From contig CASDZI010000005.1 in NCBI GenBank assembly GCA_949285605.1, positions 14,508 through 78,507 on the forward strand: a stretch of 64,000 nucleotides of DNA, in the 5' to 3' direction. Source of the DNA: an uncultured Christensenella sp. (GTDB lineage: Bacteria; Bacillota; Clostridia; Christensenellales; DTU072). The notes below the pieces were generated by a model, which searched no databases, was not told where the DNA came from, and saw nothing but the letters and a program-made list of their open reading frames with translations. Positions 33,510-41,709 of this stretch are shown here, one piece after another; positions within the stretch are counted from its first letter, which is position 1, and the number at the start of each line of letters is the position of its first letter. Made by a program: the position numbers and the translations under genes.

Positions 33510-33998
33510 TTATGCCTGCTTTTCGGCGATAGCGGCAAGGGCTCTGGCCAAGCCTGCCACGGGGGCCTGTAACAGCCCGAGTATCTGGGATATAAGACCT
33601 TCGCGGTTGGGCATCGTAGCCAACGTCTTGCACCCGTCTTCGTTCAGAAAACTTCCGTCCACGAGTCCGCATTTAACGGTGATCTTCTTGAAAGCCTTCT
33701 GTTTATCGAACGCTATTCTGGCGGGAGCGGCGATATCGTCTGCGCCCATGGCCACTGCGGTCGGTCCGTTCAGAGCTTCGTCGAACTGAGTATAACCGAG
33801 TTCGTTCAAGGCGATCTTCATCAAGCGGTTCTTGTAAACGTGATAGGTAACGCCGCTCTTACGGAAAGCGTTTCTGAGATCGGTGTCTTCCGCCACGGTC
33901 AGACCTTTGTAGTCCAACAGCACGAAAGAACCGGCTTTTTCGAGCTTTTCCTTAATTTCGGCAACCTTTGCAACCTTTGCGTCTCTTAAAGTCGACAC
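33510..33998 (-). CDS. rplJ: 50S ribosomal protein L10
   Basis: GTG start after AAGGAGG. Sequence is typical of L10. Confidence 0.95.
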   Translation of the reverse strand: MSTLRDAKVAKVAEIKEKLEKAGSFVLLDYKGLTVAEDTDLRNAFRKSGVTYHVYKNRLMKIALNELGYTQFDEALNGPTAVAMGADDIAAPARIAFDKQKAFKKITVKCGLVDGSFLNEDGCKTLATMPNREGLISQILGLLQAPVAGLARALAAIAEKQA

Positions 33999-34018
33999 TT
34001 TTCTTTAACCTCCTTTTC

Positions 34019-34058
34019 CAAAATTAAACTCCGCAATCAAAGACCGAATTTGCGGAGT
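34019..34058 (-). promoter_or_regulatory. Terminator-like attenuator hairpin in the rplJ leader (L10-leader type)
   Basis: Minus strand: ACTCCGCAA / TTGCGGAGT stem followed by TTAATTTT, just upstream of the rplJ RBS and inside a ~150-nt leader. Confidence 0.5.
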
Positions 34059-34156
34059 AAAACTGAAATTTGAATTCAATTTATACCTCTTTCTATCCAA
34101 GCTCCCGAAGGATTTGAACCGTTAGGTACTTGCAGTCTTTGAATGAGTGTATTCTA

Positions 34157-34185
34157 ATTATAAATTGCGTTTCCGAGTCCGTCAA
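34157..34185 (-). promoter_or_regulatory. Internal sigma-A promoter for rplJL
   Basis: Minus strand: TTGACG, 17-nt spacer, TATAAT. Confidence 0.55.
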
Positions 34186-34202
34186 GCGATTCGACGGAGT
34201 AA

Positions 34203-34886
34203 TTACATTTTGTAATTGACTTTGATCCCGGGCCCCATCGTGCTGGCGAGGGTCACGCTTCTAAGGTAGGTACCTTTCGCCGAAGCGGGTTTAGCTTTGA
34301 TGATGGCTTCCATAAGGGTGTTGAAGTTATCGAAAAGTTTTTCCTGTCCGAAACTTGCCTTTCCTATGGGGCAGTGAATGATAGCGGTCTTGTCCACTCT
34401 GTATTCCACTTTACCGGCTTTGATGTCCTTGACCGCTTTGGCAACGTCCATAGTAACGGTACCGGTCTTGGGAGTAGGCATCAAGCCCTTAGGTCCGAGG
34501 AGTTTACCCAAACGACCTACCAGACCCATCATATCGGGAGTGGTAACGCAAACGTCGAAGTCGAACCAGCCGCCCTGGATCTTCTGAACGATCTCCTCGG
34601 CTCCCACGATGTCGGCGCCGGCAGCCGCCGCTTCGTCGGCTTTGGCTCCCTTGGTGATGACCAGAACTCTGAGAGTTTTACCGGTCCCGTGGGGAAGTAC
34701 CACCACGCCTCTGACCTGTTGGTCGGCATGACGGGGATCTACGCCCAGTTTGCAGTGCAGTTCGACGGTCTCATCGAATTTCGCCTTAGCAGTGTCGATA
34801 GCCAGCTGTATGGCTTCCTTCGCTTCGTAGGCTTTGGACTTATCGTATGCTTTCAAAGAATCTGCGTATTTTTTTCCGTATTTCAT
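34203..34886 (-). CDS. rplA: 50S ribosomal protein L1
   Basis: Sequence is typical of L1 (..[20 protein letters not shown]..). Confidence 0.97.
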   Translation of the reverse strand: MKYGKKYADSLKAYDKSKAYEAKEAIQLAIDTAKAKFDETVELHCKLGVDPRHADQQVRGVVVLPHGTGKTLRVLVITKGAKADEAAAAGADIVGAEEIVQKIQGGWFDFDVCVTTPDMMGLVGRLGKLLGPKGLMPTPKTGTVTMDVAKAVKDIKAGKVEYRVDKTAIIHCPIGKASFGQEKLFDNFNTLMEAIIKAKPASAKGTYLRSVTLASTMGPGIKVNYKM

Positions 34887-34899
34887 ATTACACCTCCGA

Positions 34900-35325
34900 T
34901 TAGTCCTCTACCGTAACGCCCATGCTTCTGGCGGTTCCCGCAACCATGCTCATAGCCGCTTCCAAAGACGCAGCGTTCAGGTCGGGCATTTTGATCTTGG
35001 CGATCTCTTCCAGTTGAGCGCGGGTGAGTTTAGCCACTTTGTCGCGGTTGGGTTTAGCCGAACCGCTTTCCAGTCCGCAAGCCTTCTTGATGAGAACGGG
35101 AGCGGGAGGAGTCTTGAGTTCGAAAGTGAAGGAACGGTCGGCGTAAATGGTGATCACTACGGGAATGATCAATCCTGCCTGCGCAGCCGTCTTTTCGTTG
35201 AATTCCTTGGTGAACATCGGAATGGCGATACCGTGAGGACCGAGGGTGGAACCTACAGGCGGTCCGGGAGTTGCCTTTCCTGCGGGGAGTTGCAGTTTTA
35301 CCACTGCGGAAATCTTTTTAGCCAT
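34900..35325 (-). CDS. rplK: 50S ribosomal protein L11
   Basis: ..[19 protein letters not shown]... Confidence 0.97.
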   Translation of the reverse strand: MAKKISAVVKLQLPAGKATPGPPVGSTLGPHGIAIPMFTKEFNEKTAAQAGLIIPVVITIYADRSFTFELKTPPAPVLIKKACGLESGSAKPNRDKVAKLTRAQLEEIAKIKMPDLNAASLEAAMSMVAGTARSMGVTVED

Positions 35326-35419
35326 AGTTTGCCTCCTTTGACTAACTGGTTCAAACGGGCGACAATGAAAGAATATTTTGCCGCTCTCCCATATTTATAA
35401 AGGGTTTCCCCTGAATAAA

Positions 35420-35950
35420 CTAAATTTTTTCTATCTGGTTAAATTCCAGTTCGACGGGGGTCTGACGTCCGAACATCTGAACGATCACCCTGACTTTCTG
35501 CTTGTCGATGAAAATTTCGTCCACGATACCGAGGAAGGTCTCCAACGGTCCGTTGACGACTTTGACGTTGTCTCCGACCTTTATGTCGAAGTCTTCGGCA
35601 GAAACCTTTTCCAGTCCCATTCTCTTGATCTCTTCGGCGGTAAGCGGAAGAGCCTTTCCCTGCGGACCGACGAAACCGGTCACGCCCCTGGTGTTGGTTA
35701 TCATAAACCAGAGAGAATCGGAATATATCATCTTCAGGAAAACGTATCCCGGGAATTTCTTCTTTTCCACGATTTTTCTTTTTCCGTTTTTCTCCACGAT
35801 GTCCTCTTCCACGGGAATGGCTATCTCGAAGATGTAATCCTGAAGATTATTGTTTTCGATCATTTTTTCCAGGTTGCTTTTCACCACGGATTCGTAAGAC
35901 GAATAGACGTGAATGACGTACCAGCCTACCTGATTGTTTGTATTTTCCAT
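35420..35950 (-). CDS. nusG: Transcription termination/antitermination factor NusG
   Basis: WYVIHVYSSYE.. NGN domain plus a C-terminal KOW domain. Confidence 0.95.
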   Translation of the reverse strand: MENTNNQVGWYVIHVYSSYESVVKSNLEKMIENNNLQDYIFEIAIPVEEDIVEKNGKRKIVEKKKFPGYVFLKMIYSDSLWFMITNTRGVTGFVGPQGKALPLTAEEIKRMGLEKVSAEDFDIKVGDNVKVVNGPLETFLGIVDEIFIDKQKVRVIVQMFGRQTPVELEFNQIEKI

Positions 35951-35983
35951 AAAAATATAAAACTCCTGTTCGACAAAAAACGG

Positions 35984-36301
35984 TTATGCGGCGTTGAGAA
36001 GCAATTTAAGCAACTGCCCGAGTCCTGTATCGACAAGGGCGATGATTACCATAAAAAACAACGTCACGACAAGTACGACGCCGGTCTGCCCGACTACGCC
36101 TGAGTTGTCTTTGGTCTTTTTGAAACTTGCCCAGTTTACTTTTTTAAGTTCGCTGACAATATCGCGGAAAAATTTACCTAAAGACCTGCGTTTTTTATTA
36201 CCCGCCTTTTTGGAAGGGGCGTTTTTCTTTTTATTATCTTCGGCTTTGACCGGAGTGGCCTCTATCTCGGGTAAATCCAACTTGGGGTTGTTCTTCGACA
36301 T
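35984..36301 (-). CDS. secE: Preprotein translocase subunit SecE (with a basic N-terminal extension)
   Basis: ..ELKKVNW.. followed by a single C-terminal TM helix. RBS GGAGA sits 7 nt upstream of the ATG. Confidence 0.85.
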   Translation of the reverse strand: MSKNNPKLDLPEIEATPVKAEDNKKKNAPSKKAGNKKRRSLGKFFRDIVSELKKVNWASFKKTKDNSGVVGQTGVVLVVTLFFMVIIALVDTGLGQLLKLLLNAA

Positions 36302-36316
36302 CGCTAAATCTCCGTA

Positions 36317-36466
36317 TTATTTCGTTTCCTTGTGAACGGTGTGCTTTTTACAAAATCTGCAATACTTCTTTAACTCCATTCTGTCGGGAGTGTTCTTCTT
36401 GTTTTTCTGCTTGTCATAGTTACGCTGTTTACATTCGGTACAGGCAAGAGTTATCTTTACGCGCAT
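36317..36466 (-). CDS. rpmG: 50S ribosomal protein L33
   Basis: Absent from the ORF track because it is under 60 aa. Hand translation gives [57 protein letters not shown]. Confidence 0.95.
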   Translation of the reverse strand: MRVKITLACTECKQRNYDKQKNKKNTPDRMELKKYCRFCKKHTVHKETK

Positions 36467-36513
36467 TGTTTAACGCCTCCAAAAAAATTACACCCTCCTA
36501 AAGGTGCTTTATA

Positions 36514-36542
36514 ACTATATCACAACGAAGTGTCGTTGTCAA
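36514..36542 (-). promoter_or_regulatory. Sigma-A promoter of rpmG-secE-nusG-rplKA
   Basis: Minus strand: TTGACA, 17-nt spacer, TATAGT. Confidence 0.6.
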
Positions 36543-36552
36543 CGATTTTATT

Positions 36553-36589
36553 CTAAAAATATATACGGTCCGCACCGCCGTGCGGACCG
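36553..36589 (-). terminator. Rho-independent terminator closing the novel locus
   Basis: Minus strand: CGGTCCGCAC / GTGCGGACCG stem with a 4-nt loop, followed by TATATATTTTT. Confidence 0.75.
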
Positions 36590-36602
36590 TGACCGAACGA
36601 AA

Positions 36603-36794
36603 TCAGCCTATGTGTTTTTGAAGAAATACGATAATATCGCCGACGGTTTTAACGTCTTCGAGTAAGATCAGTAACTGCACCAGGTCGAGACTGTCCGCTC
36701 CGAGATCTTCCACGAGACGGCTCTCATCCTTTATGTCTGCCTCGTCGAGCATAAGCTGTGCGGCGAGAGCTTTCTTGACTTTATCGCTTAACAT
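36603..36794 (-). CDS. Acyl-carrier-protein-like protein, internally shortened (63 aa)
   Basis: ..VEDLGADSLDLVQLLILLED.. retains the DSL phosphopantetheine site. About 13 residues (helix III region) are absent compared with canonical ACPs. RBS GGAGG. Confidence 0.7.
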   Translation of the reverse strand: MLSDKVKKALAAQLMLDEADIKDESRLVEDLGADSLDLVQLLILLEDVKTVGDIIVFLQKHIG

Positions 36795-36819
36795 TTATAA
36801 ATAACCTCCGGTTTTACCC

Positions 36820-37755
36820 TTAAACGTCGTTCCCGTAAAGACGACGGGACGCGCTGAAATCTATTATTTGGGCGCCCTTCTTTGCGAAGAACGGTATTAT
36901 AAGGAGAACGAGGAACAACGCTGCGGTAACGTAAGCGCCTGCGGCGGGACCCGTCGTCTCCATCATAAACAATATAATTATGTTCGCCACCGAGCAAATT
37001 AAACCGATCAATACCGCTACGTTGAAGTTTCTGGGAGACTTGGTCGCGCCGAGCTTGACGAGGTAGTAAATGATGGCTATTACGACGCAAACGACAGCTA
37101 CCAGATACAATACCGGGACCAGGAACGTCATCAGAGCCGTTCCGAAATCCGCCGAAAATCCTTGCGACAGTCCGTCTGCGAAAACTTTGGACATTATTCC
37201 GCTGTAATAGGAACTGGTTATCCCGCTCACTCCGAGCAACGCAAGCAGTCCGAAAACCGAATCGAGAGCGGTGGAACCGGGCGTTGCGCAAGTCAACAGA
37301 CACATAATAACGCAAGCCGCTACCGCAAACAGAATGCACAACACGCTAAGTCCTGCGTAAGGTTTGGCTCTGTAAATGGGTTCGAGGTTGGTCTTTTGGA
37401 TCTCCTCCCGGTAATTGGGATCGTACTGGAGCATGGGCTGCGCCTGCGACGCAAACGGCACCAAAGCTATGGGTTGCACGATGGGCGGCATCTGGACGAT
37501 GCTGGAAGGAGTGGGAATGGCGTTGTAACGGTTGGCGTCGATGGGTCCGAACCCTCCGCCTGCGTTGGAGGCAGGCTGTCCGCCCTGCGCATAATAATAA
37601 TTCCCGTCGGACGCCAGACTCGGATTGGCTGCGTCGTTACTTACCGGGAACGGAACCGTTTCCGCTTCCACGGGTACCCAGGTACCCTCTTTCCCGTTGA
37701 TGACTCCCCTGTGCGGCTGTGCTCCTTGCGGATTTTTCTGATAAAGATTATCCAT
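36820..37755 (-). CDS. Locus gene 9: cytoplasmic Q/P-rich N-region carrying the QP..VPF..QP..Y motif, fused to a four-TM module
   Basis: RBS TAGGAGA. Motif SIVQMPPIVQPIALVPFASQAQPMLQY at aa 85-111. Four predicted TM helices with K/R-rich inside loops. Confidence 0.8.
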   Translation of the reverse strand: MDNLYQKNPQGAQPHRGVINGKEGTWVPVEAETVPFPVSNDAANPSLASDGNYYYAQGGQPASNAGGGFGPIDANRYNAIPTPSSIVQMPPIVQPIALVPFASQAQPMLQYDPNYREEIQKTNLEPIYRAKPYAGLSVLCILFAVAACVIMCLLTCATPGSTALDSVFGLLALLGVSGITSSYYSGIMSKVFADGLSQGFSADFGTALMTFLVPVLYLVAVVCVVIAIIYYLVKLGATKSPRNFNVAVLIGLICSVANIIILFMMETTGPAAGAYVTAALFLVLLIIPFFAKKGAQIIDFSASRRLYGNDV

Positions 37756-37778
37756 AAGTTAATCTCCTAATTAATTAT

Positions 37779-38240
37779 TTATTGATTGAGGTTGACGTTG
37801 ATTTGCGGGGTCTGAATGTGTTTTGCCGGGGTAGCCACCGGTACCGGAGCGGAACAGGGCATAGCTCCGTATGTCACTTTGGCACGGAAAACTCTGCCGT
37901 ACTCGTCGGTAGCGTAGTAGACCGGTAAATTCTGCAATCCGTTGGCGACGTAGTTCTCGGCGTCGTAATTGCCGTTGACGGGAAGCGGTACCGCAAAACA
38001 AGGTTGCGGAGCTGCCGGATACGCATTACGGGCAGTCCTGTCTATGTCCTTGCCGTAAACGGGAGCGGGCTGTTCCTTCCTCGCATACTCGAAAGCGTTG
38101 CGGGGACGTTTTTTTCCGCAGTGGGAACACACTTTGGCGTTGAGCGGATTGAGCGTTCTGCACTTGGGACAAGCGTAAAAATATTTTACGCCGGCGTTAT
38201 CCGTACCCGTTGCCAGAACCTGTTTTTTGATCTTGTTCAT
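37779..38240 (-). CDS. Locus gene 8: zinc-ribbon protein with a degenerate QP..VP motif
   Basis: CPKCRTLNPLNAKVCSHCGKKRPRNAFEY, paralogous to the ribbon in 42644..43789. Followed by ..PQPCFAVPLPVNGNY... Confidence 0.75.
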   Translation of the reverse strand: MNKIKKQVLATGTDNAGVKYFYACPKCRTLNPLNAKVCSHCGKKRPRNAFEYARKEQPAPVYGKDIDRTARNAYPAAPQPCFAVPLPVNGNYDAENYVANGLQNLPVYYATDEYGRVFRAKVTYGAMPCSAPVPVATPAKHIQTPQINVNLNQ

Positions 38241-38249
38241 CTTGCACCT

Positions 38250-39044
38250 CTAAGCTTTTTTACCTTTCGCCGTCAGAGCGATGATCGCCGTGATAAGATA
38301 CAATGCGGTGATTATATATGCGCCGTAACCTATTTCGGCTTTGTTAACGAACATCATAGCGAGCGCCACTCCGGTAAATATCAACGCCAGCACAGCCGTG
38401 ATCTTCCCGAACAACGCAAACCTCTTCGCTCCCACCGAAAACAATCCTACGAGAGCGGTAATTATCCCCAATAAAGCCCCGAGAGCGAGTCCTGCGGGCA
38501 TTATCAGAGCTTTTATGTCCAAATCTCCTCCGAAAGCGTCGGTAAGTCCCATTATAATGGCAAGGGCGCCTTTCCCGTCCGCCACGAGGATATATTCGAA
38601 ATCCACGAAATAGCTTATCGCCGAAACCGCCAACGCTATCAACGCAAACAAAAACGTAAACAACGCCGAGACGTTGACTTTCCTCGCTTTGCGTTCCTTC
38701 CTCGCCGCACGGTCGTCGCGGTACTCTCCGTCCTCGGCATAGCCGTATCCGTCCCCTTCGGGGTAAGCGTATTCGCTCGAGGGCGCTCCGCCGTTATAAA
38801 AAGCGTTCATCGCTTCCGGCGTATATTGATACAACGGTTGCATCTGACTGGAAAAAGGCACCACGATAAGCGGTTGCACCATGGTGACGTTTCCTGCCGG
38901 ATTGTTAACCTGCGTAGGCAAAACTTCTTCCTGCGGTGCGGGAATGGGGATCGTAGGTTCTTTTACGGTCTCGGGCAACAGAGACGAAGCGTTGTCGTCT
39001 CGCCAGAAACTTTTACCTTCACCGGCTCCGTAAAAATCTGCCAC
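38250..39044 (-). CDS. Locus gene 7: motif-bearing N-region fused to a four-TM module
   Basis: GTG start after GGAGGAG, overlapping the end of gene 6. Motif TMVQPLIVVPFSSQMQPLYQY, an acidic/aromatic stretch, a basic anchor RAARKERKARK, then four TM helices. Confidence 0.8.
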   Translation of the reverse strand: MADFYGAGEGKSFWRDDNASSLLPETVKEPTIPIPAPQEEVLPTQVNNPAGNVTMVQPLIVVPFSSQMQPLYQYTPEAMNAFYNGGAPSSEYAYPEGDGYGYAEDGEYRDDRAARKERKARKVNVSALFTFLFALIALAVSAISYFVDFEYILVADGKGALAIIMGLTDAFGGDLDIKALIMPAGLALGALLGIITALVGLFSVGAKRFALFGKITAVLALIFTGVALAMMFVNKAEIGYGAYIITALYLITAIIALTAKGKKA

Positions 39045-39696
39045 CTTGGTTCTCCTCCGTTTTTATTTTTTTCCTGCCCGCTGCGGCTGTTACCGTCGCA
39101 ACGAACGCAAACAATATGGCAAAATGTAATCCTGCCGCAGACAGCATTCCGCTCGCCGTAACGAAAATCCACAACAGAATTTCCGACAACAACCAAACGA
39201 AACACGCCGCTTTCATTATTTTCCCCGTATACGGTTTCTTCAAGGAAGCCGCCGCTCCCGCCAAAACCGCCACGGTCATTATTACGGTTATCAACCCCGT
39301 TACGGCAGCCGCCGTGGACATCGGGAACGCATCGCCCGAAAACAGAGGTTTTACCGTATCGACTATGCTCGCCCCGTCCGCCGTAAGGAACCATACTTCG
39401 TTGAATACGATTCCGGCTACCGCCACGATAAGCGCCGCTATCGTCATCGCCAGTACCACCGCAGAAACGACGTTGAGCCTCTTTTTTGCGACGGTCTCTA
39501 TTTCCTTATTATAATTATAGACGTTTCCGTAAGCCAGTTCTCTCAGTTCGTTCTTTACCCTGCGGACCTCTCCGAAATAATCGTCGTTACTGCCTTTACC
39601 GTAAAGAAAAAACTGACTGGTCGGGGAAACTTCGAACTTCCGATACCTTTCTTCTCTCTCGGAAAGCAAAGGCTCTTGTTGTTTTTTTCCCTTCAT
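39019..39696 (-). CDS. Locus gene 6: four-TM module protein (no motif)
   Basis: SD-like AAAGGGG. Four TM helices. First outside loop reads ..FLTADGASIVDTVKPLFSG... Confidence 0.75.
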   Translation of the reverse strand: MKGKKQQEPLLSEREERYRKFEVSPTSQFFLYGKGSNDDYFGEVRRVKNELRELAYGNVYNYNKEIETVAKKRLNVVSAVVLAMTIAALIVAVAGIVFNEVWFLTADGASIVDTVKPLFSGDAFPMSTAAAVTGLITVIMTVAVLAGAAASLKKPYTGKIMKAACFVWLLSEILLWIFVTASGMLSAAGLHFAILFAFVATVTAAAGRKKIKTEENQGGRFLRSR

Positions 39697-39710
39697 CTGA
39701 CCCCTTTATC

Positions 39711-39950
39711 TCAGAAGTCGTCGTCTTCGTCGTAATAGTCGTCGTCAACGTAGGTCGCCAGAGGTTGCTGCTGAGTGCTGAACGGCACCATTACTATGGG
39801 TTGCACGATGGGCGGCAGCTGAATGATCTGGCTTGCCGGTGCAACCGGATAAGGATACGCCGCATTTATCGGACGGAAAGTCACGTCGGGAGCTCTCTCG
39901 ACGTTTTGGGTAACTTCGTAGTTGTCTTTGTTCTTTTTCTTTCTCGCCAT
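39711..39950 (-). CDS. Locus gene 5: 79-aa soluble protein made of a basic N-terminus, the QP..VPF..QP motif and an acidic/aromatic tail
   Basis: RBS AGGAGGG overlaps the gene 4 stop codon. QIIQLPPIVQPIVMVPFSTQQQPLATY is followed by VDDDYYDEDDDF. Confidence 0.75.
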   Translation of the reverse strand: MARKKKNKDNYEVTQNVERAPDVTFRPINAAYPYPVAPASQIIQLPPIVQPIVMVPFSTQQQPLATYVDDDYYDEDDDF

Positions 39951-39959
39951 AAAACCCTC

Positions 39960-41204
39960 CTATTCTCCGAACGTGTCGAAAATGCTGAACGGTATTTTCT
40001 TTCTGCAGAACATACTCAAAATCAATACCAGGACCGGTAAAGCTAAAAGTATAAGCAATCCGTATCCTCCGGAAAAACCGCCCGATTTGGTCAAAGCGCC
40101 GGTAAGGATACCGACCATGTCGCCGTAAGCCATCGTCGCCCCGAGGTCGGTCGTGAACGCCAACCCTCCGAAAGCCGTGACCGCGGCGAAAATTATCATA
40201 AATATCGCTCCGAGTCCGAAGCACTTGAATATCCTCTTCCCGAACATTCCGAAAAACGCCTTGATCATCATTATCAACGCACTGATAACGTAAAGTATAA
40301 GGCATACCGGGAAAGCAAGAATTATGTAAGGAGCGATGGTGTCCGCCATTCCGACTTCGACTTTGGCTATCATCTGATCGTACAGAGGACTTTCTCCGAA
40401 ATTGAGGTCCATATTGAGCTTGTTGCCGACGTATTTGATAAATCCGAAAATCGGATCGAGTACGCCGTAAGTCGTGCCGTCGAAGGCCGGAGCCGTCGTT
40501 TCTTCTTCGCTTTCGCCTTCGGTCTCCGACCCTTCGCCCTCTGCGGTTTCGCCCTCGGAGGTCTCGCCGCCTTCTTCGGCGGTTGCGTCGGCATTGTAGA
40601 GTCCGCTTGCGGCATTCTGCGCTTCTTCGGTCGTGTCGCCGGTTTCTTCGGTCGTGTCGCCGGTTTCTTCGGTCGTGTCGCCGGTTTCTTCGGTCGTGTC
40701 GCCGGTCTCCTCGTCGGTCTCGGCGGCTTTCTTTTCGGTCTCCACGAACAAAGCGGTATATTGAGCGGGGATCTGTTCTATCTTGACAAAGCCCAGCACA
40801 AAATACGCCACGCTCACCAAAAGCACCAGGAACATAAGAAAACATACCGACTTACGCATAATGAAGAAATAATCCTTCGCTTTCTTCTGCTTACGGTCGG
40901 CAGGCAAACGATAATATTCGGTATCGATACCCCCTCTGCCTTCGATGGATTCCACCTTGCGACGGAAACGGGTATTTTCTATGGCGTAATTCTGACGGTT
41001 GCGGAGTTGAGCCGCTCTCGCCCTGCGTTCCGCCCTGCGGGCTTTTTCTTTTTCGGTTTTCCGTTTGCTCTTCTTCTTTCCGCCGTTCTTGTTGTCGGGG
41101 GGAGTGGCGGGCATACCGTATCCCATACCCTGCCCGAACATGGGGAACCCTCCCATCGGATTGGGTACGTTGTTTGCGTTAGTTGTCTGTTCTTTTTTTG
41201 CCAT
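39960..41204 (-). CDS. Locus gene 4: four-TM module protein with a basic N-region and a hyper-acidic repeat insert in the first outside loop
   Basis: TM1 at about aa 113-140. An acidic T/E/G-rich insert covers aa 155-237 and includes 4 x ETGDTTE. ..GVLDPIFGFIKYVG.. precedes three more TM helices. Confidence 0.8.
   Translation of the reverse strand: MAKKEQTTNANNVPNPMGGFPMFGQGMGYGMPATPPDNKNGGKKKSKRKTEKEKARRAERRARAAQLRNRQNYAIENTRFRRKVESIEGRGGIDTEYYRLPADRKQKKAKDYFFIMRKSVCFLMFLVLLVSVAYFVLGFVKIEQIPAQYTALFVETEKKAAETDEETGDTTEETGDTTEETGDTTEETGDTTEEAQNAASGLYNADATAEEGGETSEGETAEGEGSETEGESEEETTAPAFDGTTYGVLDPIFGFIKYVGNKLNMDLNFGESPLYDQMIAKVEVGMADTIAPYIILAFPVCLILYVISALIMMIKAFFGMFGKRIFKCFGLGAIFMIIFAAVTAFGGLAFTTDLGATMAYGDMVGILTGALTKSGGFSGGYGLLILLALPVLVLILSMFCRKKIPFSIFDTFGE
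40623..40706 (-). repeat. Perfect 4 x 21-nt tandem repeat inside locus gene 4
   Basis: The plus-strand unit TTCTTCGGTCGTGTCGCCGGT occurs four times without mismatch. It encodes a seven-residue period (ETGDTTE) on the minus strand. Confidence 0.95.
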
Positions 41205-41417
41205 TTTACCACCCGATAGATTTATGCTCGTCTCGGGACGAAGTCCTTCGTACGGGCATACCGCTACGACTTTACATAATATTAGATAATACTATATGTT
41301 ACAGTTTATCATACACCGAAAAAAATATCAATAGTAAATCCGCAAAAATTTTAGACTATTTTAAGGTAAATTTTCCCTCAAAAAAGCCGTAAAACTTATT
41401 TTTTTGATAAATAAAGC

Positions 41418-41453
41418 GGAAAATAAAGCAAAACCGCACCCGAAAGTGCGGTT
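41418..41453 (-). terminator. Rho-independent terminator after locus gene 3
   Basis: Minus strand: AACCGCAC / GTGCGGTT stem with a 6-nt loop, followed by TTTGCTTTATTTT. Confidence 0.65.
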
Positions 41454-41466
41454 AATAAAAAATTCC

Positions 41467-41709
41467 TCAATAGTCGTCTTCTTCGTCCTCTTCGGGGGGA
41501 AGGTAAGGCTGTTCCGTCCTGAACATACCGAAACAGGCGGCAGGCGGCATCTGAATATTCCTCGCCACAGTGGGAATAGGAGCGGGCATGCCCGTGGGGT
41601 TGCAGACGGTAAATACGATTTTTTGCCGTTTGGAAGCCTGCGATCTCATGGCTTTACCGTAGGACGGGACGGGTCTTTTTTCGTCGGAACGGGAGGTTTT
41701 TTTGCTCAT
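41467..41709 (-). CDS. Locus gene 3: 80-aa soluble protein made of a basic N-terminus, a degenerate motif and an acidic/aromatic tail
   Basis: ATGA start/stop overlap with gene 2. RBS AAGGAG. NIQMPPAACFGMFRTEQPYLPP is followed by EEDEEDDY. Confidence 0.7.
   Translation of the reverse strand: MSKKTSRSDEKRPVPSYGKAMRSQASKRQKIVFTVCNPTGMPAPIPTVARNIQMPPAACFGMFRTEQPYLPPEEDEEDDY

Noticed and set aside
34000-34202. Possible tRNA or small RNA gene in the rplA-rplJ spacer
   Set aside because: No cloverleaf could be drawn. A promoter plus a terminator-like hairpin directly upstream of the rplJ RBS fits the known L10-leader autoregulatory arrangement better.
40623-40706. Possible CRISPR-like repeat array
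   Set aside because: The units are directly adjacent with no spacers, only 21 nt long, and lie in frame inside a coding sequence. This is a coding tandem repeat.
39745-40845. 366-aa minus-strand ORF rich in RRHDRRN repeats
   Set aside because: This is an alternative frame of locus gene 4. Its 'repeat' is just the 21-nt tandem repeat read out of frame. It has no SD and an extreme Arg composition, whereas the 414-aa frame has TM helices and paralogs.
41205-41466. Possible small ORF or mobile-element remnant in the 260-nt AT-rich spacer inside the locus
   Set aside because: I saw no ORF with an SD, no inverted terminal repeats and no integrase fragments. It is best explained as a terminator plus promoter/leader region.
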